In this document: one piece after another, positions 9,644 to 19,057 of the stretch
How positions within the stretch are numbered: position 1 is the first letter of the stretch
Layout: each line of letters starts with the position of its first letter
Origin: an uncultured Acidimicrobiia bacterium
GTDB taxonomy: Bacteria > Actinomycetota > Acidimicrobiia > Acidimicrobiales > AC-14
Reading direction: 5' to 3'
Length of the DNA stretch: 64,000 nt
NCBI GenBank assembly: GCA_963836205.1
Contig: CAWIIV010000006.1
Location: forward strand, 32,001-96,000
Notes under the pieces: generated by a model
Seen by the model: the letters and a program-made list of their open reading frames with translations, nothing else
What the model was told of the DNA's origin: nothing
The model's database searches: none
Translations under genes and position numbers: made by a program

Positions 9644-9822
9644 TCGACACCGTCCGCATCACCGACGCCTGCACCGCCTGCGGGGCGTGCCTGGCGACGT
9701 GCCCGGAGCGGGCCCTGCGGCGGGCGCCCCGCAAGCCGGCCGTGGTCGACGACCTGTGCACCGCCTGTTGGGACTGCGTCGGCATCTGCCCCGCGGGCGC
9801 CATCGTGGAGGCAGCCCGGTGA
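9640..9822 (+). CDS. 2x[4Fe-4S] ferredoxin
   Basis: CTACGACLATCP and CTACWDCVGICP motifs; 60 aa; coupled at both ends. Confidence 0.88.
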   Translation: MIDTVRITDACTACGACLATCPERALRRAPRKPAVVDDLCTACWDCVGICPAGAIVEAAR

Positions 9823-10427
9823 CCGTCCACCCCATCGAGGCCGAGTCGTACCGGATCCTCGCCGAGCGGGTCGACCTCACCCGCTGGCCGCCGGCGGCGG
9901 CGGCGGTGGTGGCGCGGGTGATCCACGCCGCGGCCGACGTCACCTACGCCGACACCCTCGTGGTCGACGAGGACGCCTGCCTGGCGGGCATCGCCGCCCT
10001 CCGGGCGGGGTCGCCGGTGGTCGCCGACGTGGAGATGGTGCGGGTCGCCACCCGCCGGGCCGGTACCCGTTGCCTCCTCGACGATGGTCGGGCCTTCGCC
10101 GCGGCCCATCCCGAAGCCGGCCTCACCGCTTCGGCCGCGGCCATGCGGGTGGCGGCCGAGCGGTGGCCGGAGGGGGCGGTCGTGGTCGTCGGCAACGCGC
10201 CCACCGTCCTCTTGGAGGTCGTACGCCTGGCCCAGGCGGGGGACTTCCGGCCCGCGCTGGTGATCGGCCTCCCGGTCGGGTTCGTGGGCGCGGCCGACGC
10301 CAAAGCTGCCCTGCGGGCCTCGGGACTCCTGTCGGTGAGCAACGTGGGCGAGCGGGGCGGGAGCGCGGTGGCGGCCGCCGCTCTCAACGCCCTGTGGCGG
10401 CTGGCCACGGCGGAGGCCGACCGATGA
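9819..10427 (+). CDS. cobH: Precorrin-8X methylmutase (CobH/CbiC)
   Basis: 'HPIEAESYRIL', 'RVIHA', 'VGNAPT', 'GLPVGFVGAA.AK', 'GGSAVAAAA.NAL'. Confidence 0.93.
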   Translation: MTVHPIEAESYRILAERVDLTRWPPAAAAVVARVIHAAADVTYADTLVVDEDACLAGIAALRAGSPVVADVEMVRVATRRAGTRCLLDDGRAFAAAHPEAGLTASAAAMRVAAERWPEGAVVVVGNAPTVLLEVVRLAQAGDFRPALVIGLPVGFVGAADAKAALRASGLLSVSNVGERGGSAVAAAALNALWRLATAEADR

Positions 10428-11122
10428 GTCCGCCCACCGTCCACCTGGTGGGCGGCGGCCCCGGCGACCCCTTGCTCCTCACCCGGCGGGCCGCCCGCCT
10501 CCTGTCTGAGGCCGACGTGGTCGTGGTCGATCGCCGCTCGCTCGACGCCATCGTCGCCCTCGCCCCACCGGCCGCCGAGCGCGTCTTCGTCGGTCGGGCC
10601 GACGGGCATCCCGCCTGGGACACCGACGCCGTCGCCGACCTCCTCGCCCACCGGGCCCGCACCCACCCGACCGGCACCGTCGTCCGCCTCAAGAGCGGCG
10701 ACCCCTTCGTGTGCTCCCGGGGAGGCGAGGAGATGGCCGCCCTGGTCGAGCGGGGCATCCATGTCGAGGTCACGCCGGGCGTCTCGGCCGCCACCGCCGC
10801 CCCCCTGGCCGCCGGCATGCGCCGCGGCCGCACCGTCACCATCCTCGCCGGCAACTCCGACCCCGTGTACCCCGACGTCGACCTCGGCGCCCTCGCCGAC
10901 CCCGACGCATCCCTCGTCGTCCTCGTCGGGCGGTCACGGCAGCAGCACCTGGCCGACGCCCTGATGGCGGCCGGGCTCGACCGCACCACCCCCGCGGCCG
11001 TCGTCCACGCCGCCACTCGCCCCGGTGCTCGCGTTGTCCACACCACTCTCGAACGCCTTGGCGACCACCGCCTCCCCCCGCCCGCCACCGTCGTGATCGG
11101 CCCCGCCCGTGCACATCCCTGA
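10424..11122 (+). CDS. cobA: Uroporphyrinogen-III C-methyltransferase
   Basis: 'VHLVGGGPGDPLLLT', 'VVRLKSGDPFV.SRGGEE', 'PGVSAA', 'PPATVVIG'. Confidence 0.88.
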   Translation: MSPPTVHLVGGGPGDPLLLTRRAARLLSEADVVVVDRRSLDAIVALAPPAAERVFVGRADGHPAWDTDAVADLLAHRARTHPTGTVVRLKSGDPFVCSRGGEEMAALVERGIHVEVTPGVSAATAAPLAAGMRRGRTVTILAGNSDPVYPDVDLGALADPDASLVVLVGRSRQQHLADALMAAGLDRTTPAAVVHAATRPGARVVHTTLERLGDHRLPPPATVVIGPARAHP

Positions 11123-11732
11123 CGGCTGGATCGACCTGCCCACGTCGGCCGCAGCCGCTGCCATAGCGGCCGCGGCCGTCACCGTCTCCGCCCGCCGGGC
11201 CAAGGTCGGCCTCCAGCAGAAGGCCACCACCACGCCCGCCGTGGTGGCCGCCTACCTGCTGGTGGCCGAGCTCCTCGTCGTCCCCCTCGGGGTCGGCACG
11301 GGCGCCCACCTCGTCGGCACCGGCCTGGCCGCGGTCCTGGTCGGACCCGAGCTGGCCATCGTGTGCGTCACCGTCGTGGTCCTCGTCCAGGCCCTGGTGC
11401 TGGCCGACGGGGGGGTCACCGCCATCGGCCTCAACGTGGTCAACAACGGCGTGGTGCCCGCCCTCGTGGCGTGGACGCTCTTCCGGGCCCTGACGACCGC
11501 CCGCGCCTCCCGGCCCATGGCCGCGGGGATCGCCGCCGGCCTGGCCACTCTCGCCGCCGGGGCCGCGGCGGCCGTCGAGTTCACCATCGGCGGCACCGAC
11601 GTGATCCCGGCCCGGGCCGTCGCCGCTGCCCTGGGCGCGGGGCACCTGGTCGTGGCCGTCGTCGAAGGGGTCCTCACCGCCCTCGTGGTCCGGGTGGTCT
11701 ACCGGCTCAGGCCAGACCTGGTGAAGGTATGA
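11109..11732 (+). CDS. cbiM: ECF cobalt transporter S component
   Basis: N-terminal MHIPDG metal-binding motif, 'GTGAHLVG', 'QALVLADGG'; multi-TM. Confidence 0.9.
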   Translation: MHIPDGWIDLPTSAAAAAIAAAAVTVSARRAKVGLQQKATTTPAVVAAYLLVAELLVVPLGVGTGAHLVGTGLAAVLVGPELAIVCVTVVVLVQALVLADGGVTAIGLNVVNNGVVPALVAWTLFRALTTARASRPMAAGIAAGLATLAAGAAAAVEFTIGGTDVIPARAVAAALGAGHLVVAVVEGVLTALVVRVVYRLRPDLVKV

Positions 11733-12670
11733 GCCGAACCCACGGCACCACGCTGCCGGCCACACCGACACGCACCCCGCTCACCGCCCTCGCCCCCGAG
11801 GCCAAGCTGGTGGGACTGGTCGCCTTCCTGGGGGCGGTGGCGACCACTCCCCCGTCCCGCCCGTGGGCCCTCGCCGGGCAGGCTGGGATCGCGGTGGCGG
11901 TGGCCGTCGCCGCGCTCGTGCGGCCCCGGGCTGTCGTCCGCCGGCTGGTGATCGACCTGCCCCTGGCGGTGCTGGCCGTCACCGTCGCCGTCGCCGCCTC
12001 GGGACCGAGAGTCCACGTGGCCGGCATCAGCCTCTCCCGGGCCGGTCTCCAGGTCGGCCTGGCCCTGCTGGCCAAGGCCACCGTCGGCATCGTCGCCGTC
12101 TCGGCGGTGGCGGCCGCCACCACTGCGTCCGAGACCGTCGCCGGACTCCGCCGCCTGCGCCTGCCCGCCTGGATCTGCGACCTGGTGGCCCTCACCGCCC
12201 GCCAGCTCCAGGTCCTCGGCGACGAGCTGGCCCGGCTCCGGCTGGCGGGGTCGGTCCGGGCCGGAAACCGGGGCCGGCGGGGCGAGTGGTCGGCCGTGGC
12301 CCGGTCGCTGGGCGTCCTCTTCGTCCGCAGCGTCGAGCGGGCCGACCGCCTCGAAATCGCCCTCGCCGCCCGCGGCGGCCCCCCGTCGGCCGCGGTCAAC
12401 CACTCCACCCCGTCGTCGACGACGGCGGGTGGGGCCCCTCACGCCGCCGCCGTGGCCCCGGACACCCGCGCCACCGCCACGCCCGACCACCCGGCCACGG
12501 GCGCCTCCCACCGCGTCACCGCGAACGGCGCAACCACCTGGGGCGACGCCGCCCCGACCGACGACCCCGCTTCCACGGCCACGGCCACCCCGTCGACGAC
12601 GACGGCCGGCGGGTGGATCCCCGCGCTTCTCCCCGCGGCGGCCGCCCTCGTCCTCCGGATCGCGGCATGA
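11729..12670 (+). CDS. cbiQ: ECF cobalt transporter T component, with a Thr/Ala/Pro-rich insertion
   Basis: 'PEAKL', 'GLRRLRLP', 'LFVRSVERADRLEIALAARG'. Confidence 0.85.
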   Translation: MSRTHGTTLPATPTRTPLTALAPEAKLVGLVAFLGAVATTPPSRPWALAGQAGIAVAVAVAALVRPRAVVRRLVIDLPLAVLAVTVAVAASGPRVHVAGISLSRAGLQVGLALLAKATVGIVAVSAVAAATTASETVAGLRRLRLPAWICDLVALTARQLQVLGDELARLRLAGSVRAGNRGRRGEWSAVARSLGVLFVRSVERADRLEIALAARGGPPSAAVNHSTPSSTTAGGAPHAAAVAPDTRATATPDHPATGASHRVTANGATTWGDAAPTDDPASTATATPSTTTAGGWIPALLPAAAALVLRIAA

Positions 12671-14395
12671 CCGACCTCCTCCTCGTCGGCCATGGCAGCC
12701 GCGATCCCGCGGCGGCGGAGGAGTTCACGACACTCACGGCCCTCGTCCGGGCCGCGGCCCCGCCCGACATCCGGGTCGGTGCCGGCTTCCTCGAGCTGGC
12801 CGAGCCGCATGTCGACGTCGCCCTCGACCGCCTCGTCGCCGACGGCGCCACCGACATCGCCGCGGTCCCGTACGTCCTCTTCGGCGCCGGCCATCTCAAG
12901 GACGACGGCCCCGCCATCCTCGCCCGGGCCCGCCGCCGCCACCCCGCCGTCCGCTTCCACCTCGCCCGCGACCTCGGCATCCACCCCGCCGTCCTCGACG
13001 TAACCGAGGACCGGGCCCGTTCCGCCCGCAAGCGGCTGCCGTCCACCGAGCGCACCGCCGTCGTCCTCGTCGGGCGGGGCTCCACCGACCCCGACGCCGG
13101 CGCCGACTTCGTGAAGTTCGCCCGGCTCCTCGAGGACGGACGAGGCCTCGGCCCGGTCCACCCCGCCTTCGCGGCCATGAGCCGGCCCCACCTCCACGAC
13201 GCCCTCGACCGGGCTCACAGCCTCGGCGCGGAAGCCGTCACCGTCGTCCCCCTCCTCCTGTTCCAGGGCGTCCTCGTCGAGCGGATCGTGGTCGACGCCG
13301 CCGCCTGGGCCACCGCCCACCCCGACGTGGCCGTCACCACCGCCGCCCCCCTCGGCCCCGATCCCCGCCTGGCCGACCTGGTCGTCGAGCGCCATCGGGA
13401 GGCCGTCCAGGGCGACGTCCGCATGAACTGCGACGTCTGCGCCTACCGGGTGCGGCTCCCCGGCTACGAGGAGAAGGTGGGAACGCCCCTGGTCGTCTCC
13501 CCGCCGGAGGACGAGCCCCGCGGCTGGCGGGCCCGCCGGGCCGCCAATCAGGCCGCGGCCGACGCCGCCACCCGCCGCCAGCGGCCCCGACGGGGACTCG
13601 GCCGTCGCACCGGCATCCCCCCCGCCCCCGACCGCGACGACCACCCCGCGATCCACATCGTCGGCCTGCGCCACACCTGGCCCGACGGCACCGACGCCCT
13701 CTCCGGGGTCGACCTCGACGTGGCCCAGGGCGAGCGCATCGCCGTCCTCGGCCCCAACGGGTCGGGCAAGACCACCCTCGCCCTCCACCTCATCGGCGCC
13801 CTCGGGCGGCCGACCGCGGGCGCCGTCCATGTGACCGGCCTCACCGTGGCCGACACCAACCTGGCCGAGGTCCGCCGGCGGGTCGGGCTCGTCTTCCAGG
13901 ACCCCGACGACCAGCTCCTCCTGCCCACGGTGGCCGACGACGTCGCCCTCGGCCCGGCCAACCTCGGCCTCACCGGCGACGCCCTCGCCCAGCGGGTGGC
14001 CACCGCCCTCGACGTGGTCGGCCTCACCGACGCCGCCGACCGGGCGCCGCAGCACCTCGAGCATGGGCGAGCGCCGCCGGGCCGCCCTCGCGGGAGTGCT
14101 CGCCGTCCACCCCGAGATCCTCGTCCTCGACGAACCCAGCGCCAACCTCGACCCGTCCGCCCGTCGCGACGCGGTCGAGATCGTCAAGGGCCTGAGGGGC
14201 GTGACCACCGTGGTCATCACCCACGACCTCCCCCTCGCCCTCGAGCTGTGCCCCCGCGCGGTCGTCCTCGACGGGGGACGCATCGTGGCCGACGGCCCCA
14301 CCGCCGCCCTCCTGGCCAACCCCGCCCTCATGGCCGCCCACCGCCTCGAGCTCCCCTACGGGTTCCCATTGCCGGTTAGCGGACCCGCCCGGTGA
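12667..14395 (+). CDS. cbiX: Sirohydrochlorin cobaltochelatase CbiX fused in frame to the ECF ATPase CbiO (frameshift near 14060)
   Basis: 'LLVGHGSRD', 'FLELAEP', 'GAGHLKDD', 'VGRGSTD', 'MNCDVCAYR', then without a stop 'GPNGSGKTT', 'FQDPDDQL'; after the indel 'LSMGERRR..LVLDEPSANLD..ITHDL'. Confidence 0.85.
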
Positions 14396-15306
14396 CCCAA
14401 GCCCCGATCGTCGACGTCGCCCCCCCGCCCGCGGCCCATGGCGGGGACGGCGCCCGGCTGGCGGCCGCCCTCGGCGTCGACGCCGACGACGTCCTCGACC
14501 TGTCCGCCTCCCTCAACCCGTACGCCCCCGACGTGTCCGCCCTGGCCGCCCGCCGCCTCGGCAGCCTCCGCCGGTACCCCGACCCCACCGACGCCACCGC
14601 CGCCCTCGCCCGGGCCATCGGCGTCGACACCGACCGCCTCGTCCTCACCGCCGGTGGCTCGGAGGCCATCGCCCTCGTCGCCCGCCACGTGCGAACGGGC
14701 CACGTCGAGGGACCCGAGTTCTCCCTGTACGAACGCCACCTGACCCCCGGCGAAGGCCGGTGGCGATCCAACCCGAACAACCCCCTGGGGACCCTGGCCG
14801 CCCCCGCCGACCGGGCCGCCGTCTGGGACGAAGCCTTCTGGCCCCTCGCCACCGGCACCTGGACCCGGGGCGACGCCGACCGGGGTGCCGTCGTGGTCGG
14901 CTCGCTCACCAAGGTGTTCGCCTGCCCCGGCCTCCGGGTGGGCTACGTCGTCGCCCCCATACCCAACGTGGCCGAACGCCTCCGCCGCCGGCTACCCCTC
15001 TGGAGCGTCGGCAGCCTGGCCTGTGCCCTCGTCCCCGACCTGCTCGACCGGGCCGACCTCCCCGCGTGGCACGCCGCCGTCACCGCACACCGGTCAGAGC
15101 TCGCCACCCTCATCCGCCACCACGGCTACACCGTCGCCACCGCCGATGCCCCGTGGGTCCTCGTCTCCCCCGCCGGCGACCTCCGCCCCCGCCTCGCCCG
15201 CCACGGCATCCTCCTCCGTGACTGCGCCAGCTTCGGCCTGGTCGACACCGTCCGCATCGCCCTCCCCGATGCCGCCGGCCTCGACCGCCTCGCGTCCGCC
15301 CTGTGA
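14392..15306 (+). CDS. Threonine-phosphate decarboxylase-like PLP aminotransferase (CobD/CobC type)
   Basis: 'HGG', 'DLSASLNP', 'SNPNNPLG', 'DEAF', 'SLTKVFACPGLRVGY', 'RDCASFG'. Confidence 0.85.
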   Translation: MTQAPIVDVAPPPAAHGGDGARLAAALGVDADDVLDLSASLNPYAPDVSALAARRLGSLRRYPDPTDATAALARAIGVDTDRLVLTAGGSEAIALVARHVRTGHVEGPEFSLYERHLTPGEGRWRSNPNNPLGTLAAPADRAAVWDEAFWPLATGTWTRGDADRGAVVVGSLTKVFACPGLRVGYVVAPIPNVAERLRRRLPLWSVGSLACALVPDLLDRADLPAWHAAVTAHRSELATLIRHHGYTVATADAPWVLVSPAGDLRPRLARHGILLRDCASFGLVDTVRIALPDAAGLDRLASAL

Positions 15307-16049
15307 TCGTCTTGGACGGGGTCACCCTGCGGGCGGAGATGATCGCCGCCATCCGGGCCGAGGCCCACGCCGCCTGCCTGGCCACGGTGGTCGTGGGCGA
15401 CAACCCCCGGTGCCACGCCTTCGCCCGCGACAAGCGGTCGGCGGCCATCGAGGCCGGCCTGGCCACGGCCCAGGTCGACCTGACCGGCACCGCCAGCCGA
15501 CACGAGGTGCAGGCCGCCGTCGGCCAGCTGGCCACCAACCCTGCGATCAACGGGATCTTCGTCCAGCTCCCCCTTCCGGAACACATCGACCTCGACCCCA
15601 TCGTCGAGCTCCTCCCGCCGGCCAAGGACGTCGACGGCATGCGCCCCGGGGCCCTCTACGCGCCGACCACGGCCCAGGCCGTCGTCCGCCTGCTCGATCG
15701 CTACGGGATCGCAATCGCCAGCCGGAAGGTCGTCGTGGTGGGAAACTCACCCCGCGTCGCCCACGCGATCGCCCTGCTCCTCACCCTCCGGGGCGCCGAG
15801 GTCACCACGCTCGACGACCCCCTGCCCGACGTCTGCCGCCAGGCCGACATCCTCGTCGCCGCCACCGGCCACCCCCGGACGATCACCGCCGACCACCTCC
15901 GACCGGGGGCGGCCGTGGTCGACGTCACCGGCGACGTCGACCTCGCATCAGCCAGCCGCGTCGCGGGCGCCCTTGCCCCCTACCCCACCGCCGTGGGACC
16001 GGTCGCCGTCGCCTGCCTCCTCCGCAACACCGCCGACGCCGCCCGGTAG
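15303..16049 (+). CDS. folD: FolD-like methylene-THF dehydrogenase/cyclohydrolase (divergent)
   Basis: 'LDG', 'VVGDNP', 'GIFVQLPLP', 'KDVDG', 'ADILVAATG', 'VGPVAVA.LL.N'. Confidence 0.8.
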   Translation: MIVLDGVTLRAEMIAAIRAEAHAACLATVVVGDNPRCHAFARDKRSAAIEAGLATAQVDLTGTASRHEVQAAVGQLATNPAINGIFVQLPLPEHIDLDPIVELLPPAKDVDGMRPGALYAPTTAQAVVRLLDRYGIAIASRKVVVVGNSPRVAHAIALLLTLRGAEVTTLDDPLPDVCRQADILVAATGHPRTITADHLRPGAAVVDVTGDVDLASASRVAGALAPYPTAVGPVAVACLLRNTADAAR

Positions 16050-16451
16050 CCGCGTCCACAGCGCGGCCAGGCGGGGACCGGCCCGCGACAACTCCTCCAG
16101 GTGCGCCTCGGCCAACCCGCCGAGGCGGCGCTCGCCCTCCTCGGTGAGCGCCACCCGCACCACCCGCTGGTCGCCCTCGCCGTGGAGCCGCCGCACGAGG
16201 CCCGCCTGTTCGGCCCGGTCGACGAGCTCGACCACGCTGTGGTGGCGCAGGAGGAGGTGCCCGGCCAGCTCGCTCATGCTGGGCGGCGTGGGCGGCGACA
16301 TGTGGCCGTGGCCACGCACCGCCAGCAGCAGCTGGTGGCGGGCCGGCGTCATCCCCGCGGCCCGGGCCCGGTCCTCGCTCCAGCGCAGGAAGCGCCGCAG
16401 CCCGTCCCTGAACTCCAGGAGCCGCCGGAAGTCGTCGTCGCTCAAGTCCAT
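15948..16451 (-). CDS. MarR-family regulator
   Basis: 'DFRRLLEFR..LRRFL.WSE', 'HQLLLAVRG', 'LLRHHSVVELVDR', 'DQRVVRVALT'; divergent from the ClC gene; alternative start at 16469. Confidence 0.88.
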   Translation of the reverse strand: MDLSDDDFRRLLEFRDGLRRFLRWSEDRARAAGMTPARHQLLLAVRGHGHMSPPTPPSMSELAGHLLLRHHSVVELVDRAEQAGLVRRLHGEGDQRVVRVALTEEGERRLGGLAEAHLEELSRAGPRLAALWTRLPGGVGGVAEEAGDGDRSHGGGVGGKGARDAAG

Positions 16452-16499
16452 CCCTCGCCTCAAATCCATATCGTAAGACGAGACTATCGTGAGACGATA

Positions 16500-18245
16500 A
16501 TGATTTCGACGACCCCGCCCCGCCGCCTCGCCTTCCTCACCGTGTTGGCCGCCGTCCTCGGGCTGGCCGGCGGGGCGGCGGCGTGGATCCTCCTGCACCT
16601 CATCGCCCTCATCACCAGCGTGGCCGTCTTCGGCCAGGTCGGCTTCCACCCGCCGGCCTACGCCGACCTCCACCTCGGCCCCCGGATCGTGATCGTCGCC
16701 GTCGTCGGCGCCCTTGCCGTCAGCCTGCTGGCCAAGTGGTCACCCGTGATCCGGGGCCACGGCATCCCCGAGGCCATGGAGGCCGTCCTCACCCGCCAGA
16801 GCCGCATCGCCCCCCGCACGGCCGTGGCCAAGCCCCTGTCGGCCGCCCTCGCCATCGGCACCGCGGCGCCGTTCGGGGCCGAGGGACCGATCATCGTCAC
16901 CGGCGGCGCCCTCGGGTCGCTCCTCGGCCAGGTCGTCCGGGTGTCGCCGTCGGAGCGCAAGATCCTCCTCGCCTGCGGGGCGGCGGCAGGCATGTCGGCC
17001 ACCTTCGGCGCGCCCCTCGCCTCGGTGATCCTGGCCGTCGAACTGCTCCTCTTCGAGTTCTCGGCCCGGGCGCTGGTCCCCCTGGTGGTGGCGACGAGCG
17101 TGGCCGCGGGCATGCACGACGCCCTGTTCGGGTCGGGTCCGCTGTTCGACGTCGCCGTCCACGACTTCGCCGGGCTCCGGGGCCTGCCCGCCTTCGTCAT
17201 CCTCGGCTTGGCGTGCGGCCTCCTCGCGGTGGTCGTCGTCCGGGGCCTGTTCCTGGTCGAAGGCCTCTACCGGCGCCTGCCGTTGAAGGACTTCTGGCAC
17301 CCGGTGCTCGGCGCCGTCGCCTTCGCCACCGTCGGCACGGCCGCGCCCCGCGCCCTGGGGGTCGGCTACGACGCCATCGCCGACGTCCTCCACAGCCGCC
17401 TCGCGCTGGGGACGGTGGCCGCCCTCGGCCTGGTCAAGCTGGCGGCCTGGTGGCTGGCCCTCGGCTCGGGGACGTCGGGCGGCACCCTGGCCCCCATCCT
17501 GCTGATCAGCGCCTCCTTCGGCACCGTCCTCGGCACCGGACTCGACCGGGTCCTCCCCGGTCCCGACATCGCCCCCGGCGCGTTCGCGGTCGTGGCCATG
17601 GCCGCCACGTTCGGCGCGTCCACCGGGGCCACCTTGGCCGCCATCGTCTTCGTCTTCGAGCTCACCCGCGACTACGAGGTGGTCATCCCGCTCATGCTCG
17701 CCACCGTGCTCGCCGACCTCGTCTTCGGCGCCCTCAGCGAGCACACGATCATGACCGAGAAGCTCAGCCGCCGGGGCCTGCGCGTCGGCCGCCACTACGG
17801 CGTCGACCCTTTCACCACCGCGACGGTGGACCGGATCATGACCTCGCCGGTGGCGACCCTGCCCGCCTCCGCCACCGTGGCCGCCGCCCGCCGCCGGTTC
17901 GTCGAGCCCGGTGGGCACGGTGCCTACCCCATCGTCGACGACGAGGGACGGGTGCTCGGCATCGTCGCCCGGGGCGACGTCCTGGCCGAGGGCACCGGGC
18001 CCGACTCCTCCGTCCTCGACCTCGCCAGCCGGGAGGTCGTGGCGGTGACGCCCGACGACACCGCCCAGACCGCCTGGCAGGTGATGGTCGACGAAGCCGT
18101 CGATCACGTCCCCGTCGTCGACGGCACCCGGTTGGTCGGCATCTGCACCCGTACCGACCTGCTCAAGCTGCGCCGGGCCCAATCCGACCACGAGATCCGC
18201 CAGGACGGGCTGAGACGGCGCCCATCGGCCAAGCTGGACCTGTGA
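16500..18245 (+). CDS. ClC-family anion channel/antiporter with tandem CBS domains
   Basis: 'GHGIPE', 'GAEGP', 'GTSGGTLAP', 'FELTRDY', C-terminal CBS pair. Confidence 0.9.
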   Translation: MISTTPPRRLAFLTVLAAVLGLAGGAAAWILLHLIALITSVAVFGQVGFHPPAYADLHLGPRIVIVAVVGALAVSLLAKWSPVIRGHGIPEAMEAVLTRQSRIAPRTAVAKPLSAALAIGTAAPFGAEGPIIVTGGALGSLLGQVVRVSPSERKILLACGAAAGMSATFGAPLASVILAVELLLFEFSARALVPLVVATSVAAGMHDALFGSGPLFDVAVHDFAGLRGLPAFVILGLACGLLAVVVVRGLFLVEGLYRRLPLKDFWHPVLGAVAFATVGTAAPRALGVGYDAIADVLHSRLALGTVAALGLVKLAAWWLALGSGTSGGTLAPILLISASFGTVLGTGLDRVLPGPDIAPGAFAVVAMAATFGASTGATLAAIVFVFELTRDYEVVIPLMLATVLADLVFGALSEHTIMTEKLSRRGLRVGRHYGVDPFTTATVDRIMTSPVATLPASATVAAARRRFVEPGGHGAYPIVDDEGRVLGIVARGDVLAEGTGPDSSVLDLASREVVAVTPDDTAQTAWQVMVDEAVDHVPVVDGTRLVGICTRTDLLKLRRAQSDHEIRQDGLRRRPSAKLDL

Positions 18246-19057
18246 CCTCCGGGCCCGGCGCCGACCAGCTGCTCATCCACCGCCACGTCGGCGGACGCCT
18301 GCGCCGGGTGCCCGACGAGGTGGCGGTGGAGGAGCCGCTCGAGATCCGCCTCGACGGCCACCTCGTCGCCACCACCCTGCGCACGCCCGGGAACGACCAC
18401 GAGCTGGCCGTGGGCCTCCTCCACGCCGAGGGCCTCGTCGACGGACTCGCCATCACCCGCGTCCACCACTGCTTCGACGCCAAGCACACGTCCGGCGGCT
18501 CGCCGACGGTCGAGCTCAACGTCATCACCGTCGACACCGGCGGTCGGGCGCCCGTCCCTACGCCCCGCCTCCAGACAGCCACCGCCGCCTGCGGCCTGTG
18601 CGGCTCGACCACCATCGACCAGCTCACCGCCCGCCTCCCGCCGCTGCCGCCCGCCCCCCTCCTCCCCGACGACGTGGTCCTGGCCGTCGGCGACCGGGTG
18701 CGCAGCCGCCAGGGCCTGTTCGGGGCCACCGGCGGGGTGCACGCGGCCGCCGTCTTCGACGCGACCGGCGACCCCCTCCTCATCCGGGAGGACGTCGGCC
18801 GCCACAACGCAGTCGACAAGCTGGTGGGCCGCCTCCGCCTCGACGGCCGCCTGCCCGCCACCGGCCTGGGACTGTTCGTCTCCGGGCGGGCCGGCTTCGA
18901 GCTGGTGCAGAAGGCATGGGCCGCCGGCTTCGCCTGGATGGTGGCCGTGGGCGCCCCCACCTCTCTCGCCGTCCGCACCGCCCGCACCGCCGGCCTGGTC
19001 CTGGTCGGCTTCGCCTCCGACGACCGCTTCAACCTCTACGCGCCGCAGGAACCGTGA
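18242..19057 (+). CDS. fdhD: Formate dehydrogenase accessory sulfurtransferase
   Basis: 'VEEPLEIR', 'RTPG.D.EL', 'CGLCG', 'TGGVHAA', 'EDVGRHNAVDK', 'SGRAGFELVQKA'. Confidence 0.92.
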   Translation: MTSGPGADQLLIHRHVGGRLRRVPDEVAVEEPLEIRLDGHLVATTLRTPGNDHELAVGLLHAEGLVDGLAITRVHHCFDAKHTSGGSPTVELNVITVDTGGRAPVPTPRLQTATAACGLCGSTTIDQLTARLPPLPPAPLLPDDVVLAVGDRVRSRQGLFGATGGVHAAAVFDATGDPLLIREDVGRHNAVDKLVGRLRLDGRLPATGLGLFVSGRAGFELVQKAWAAGFAWMVAVGAPTSLAVRTARTAGLVLVGFASDDRFNLYAPQEP

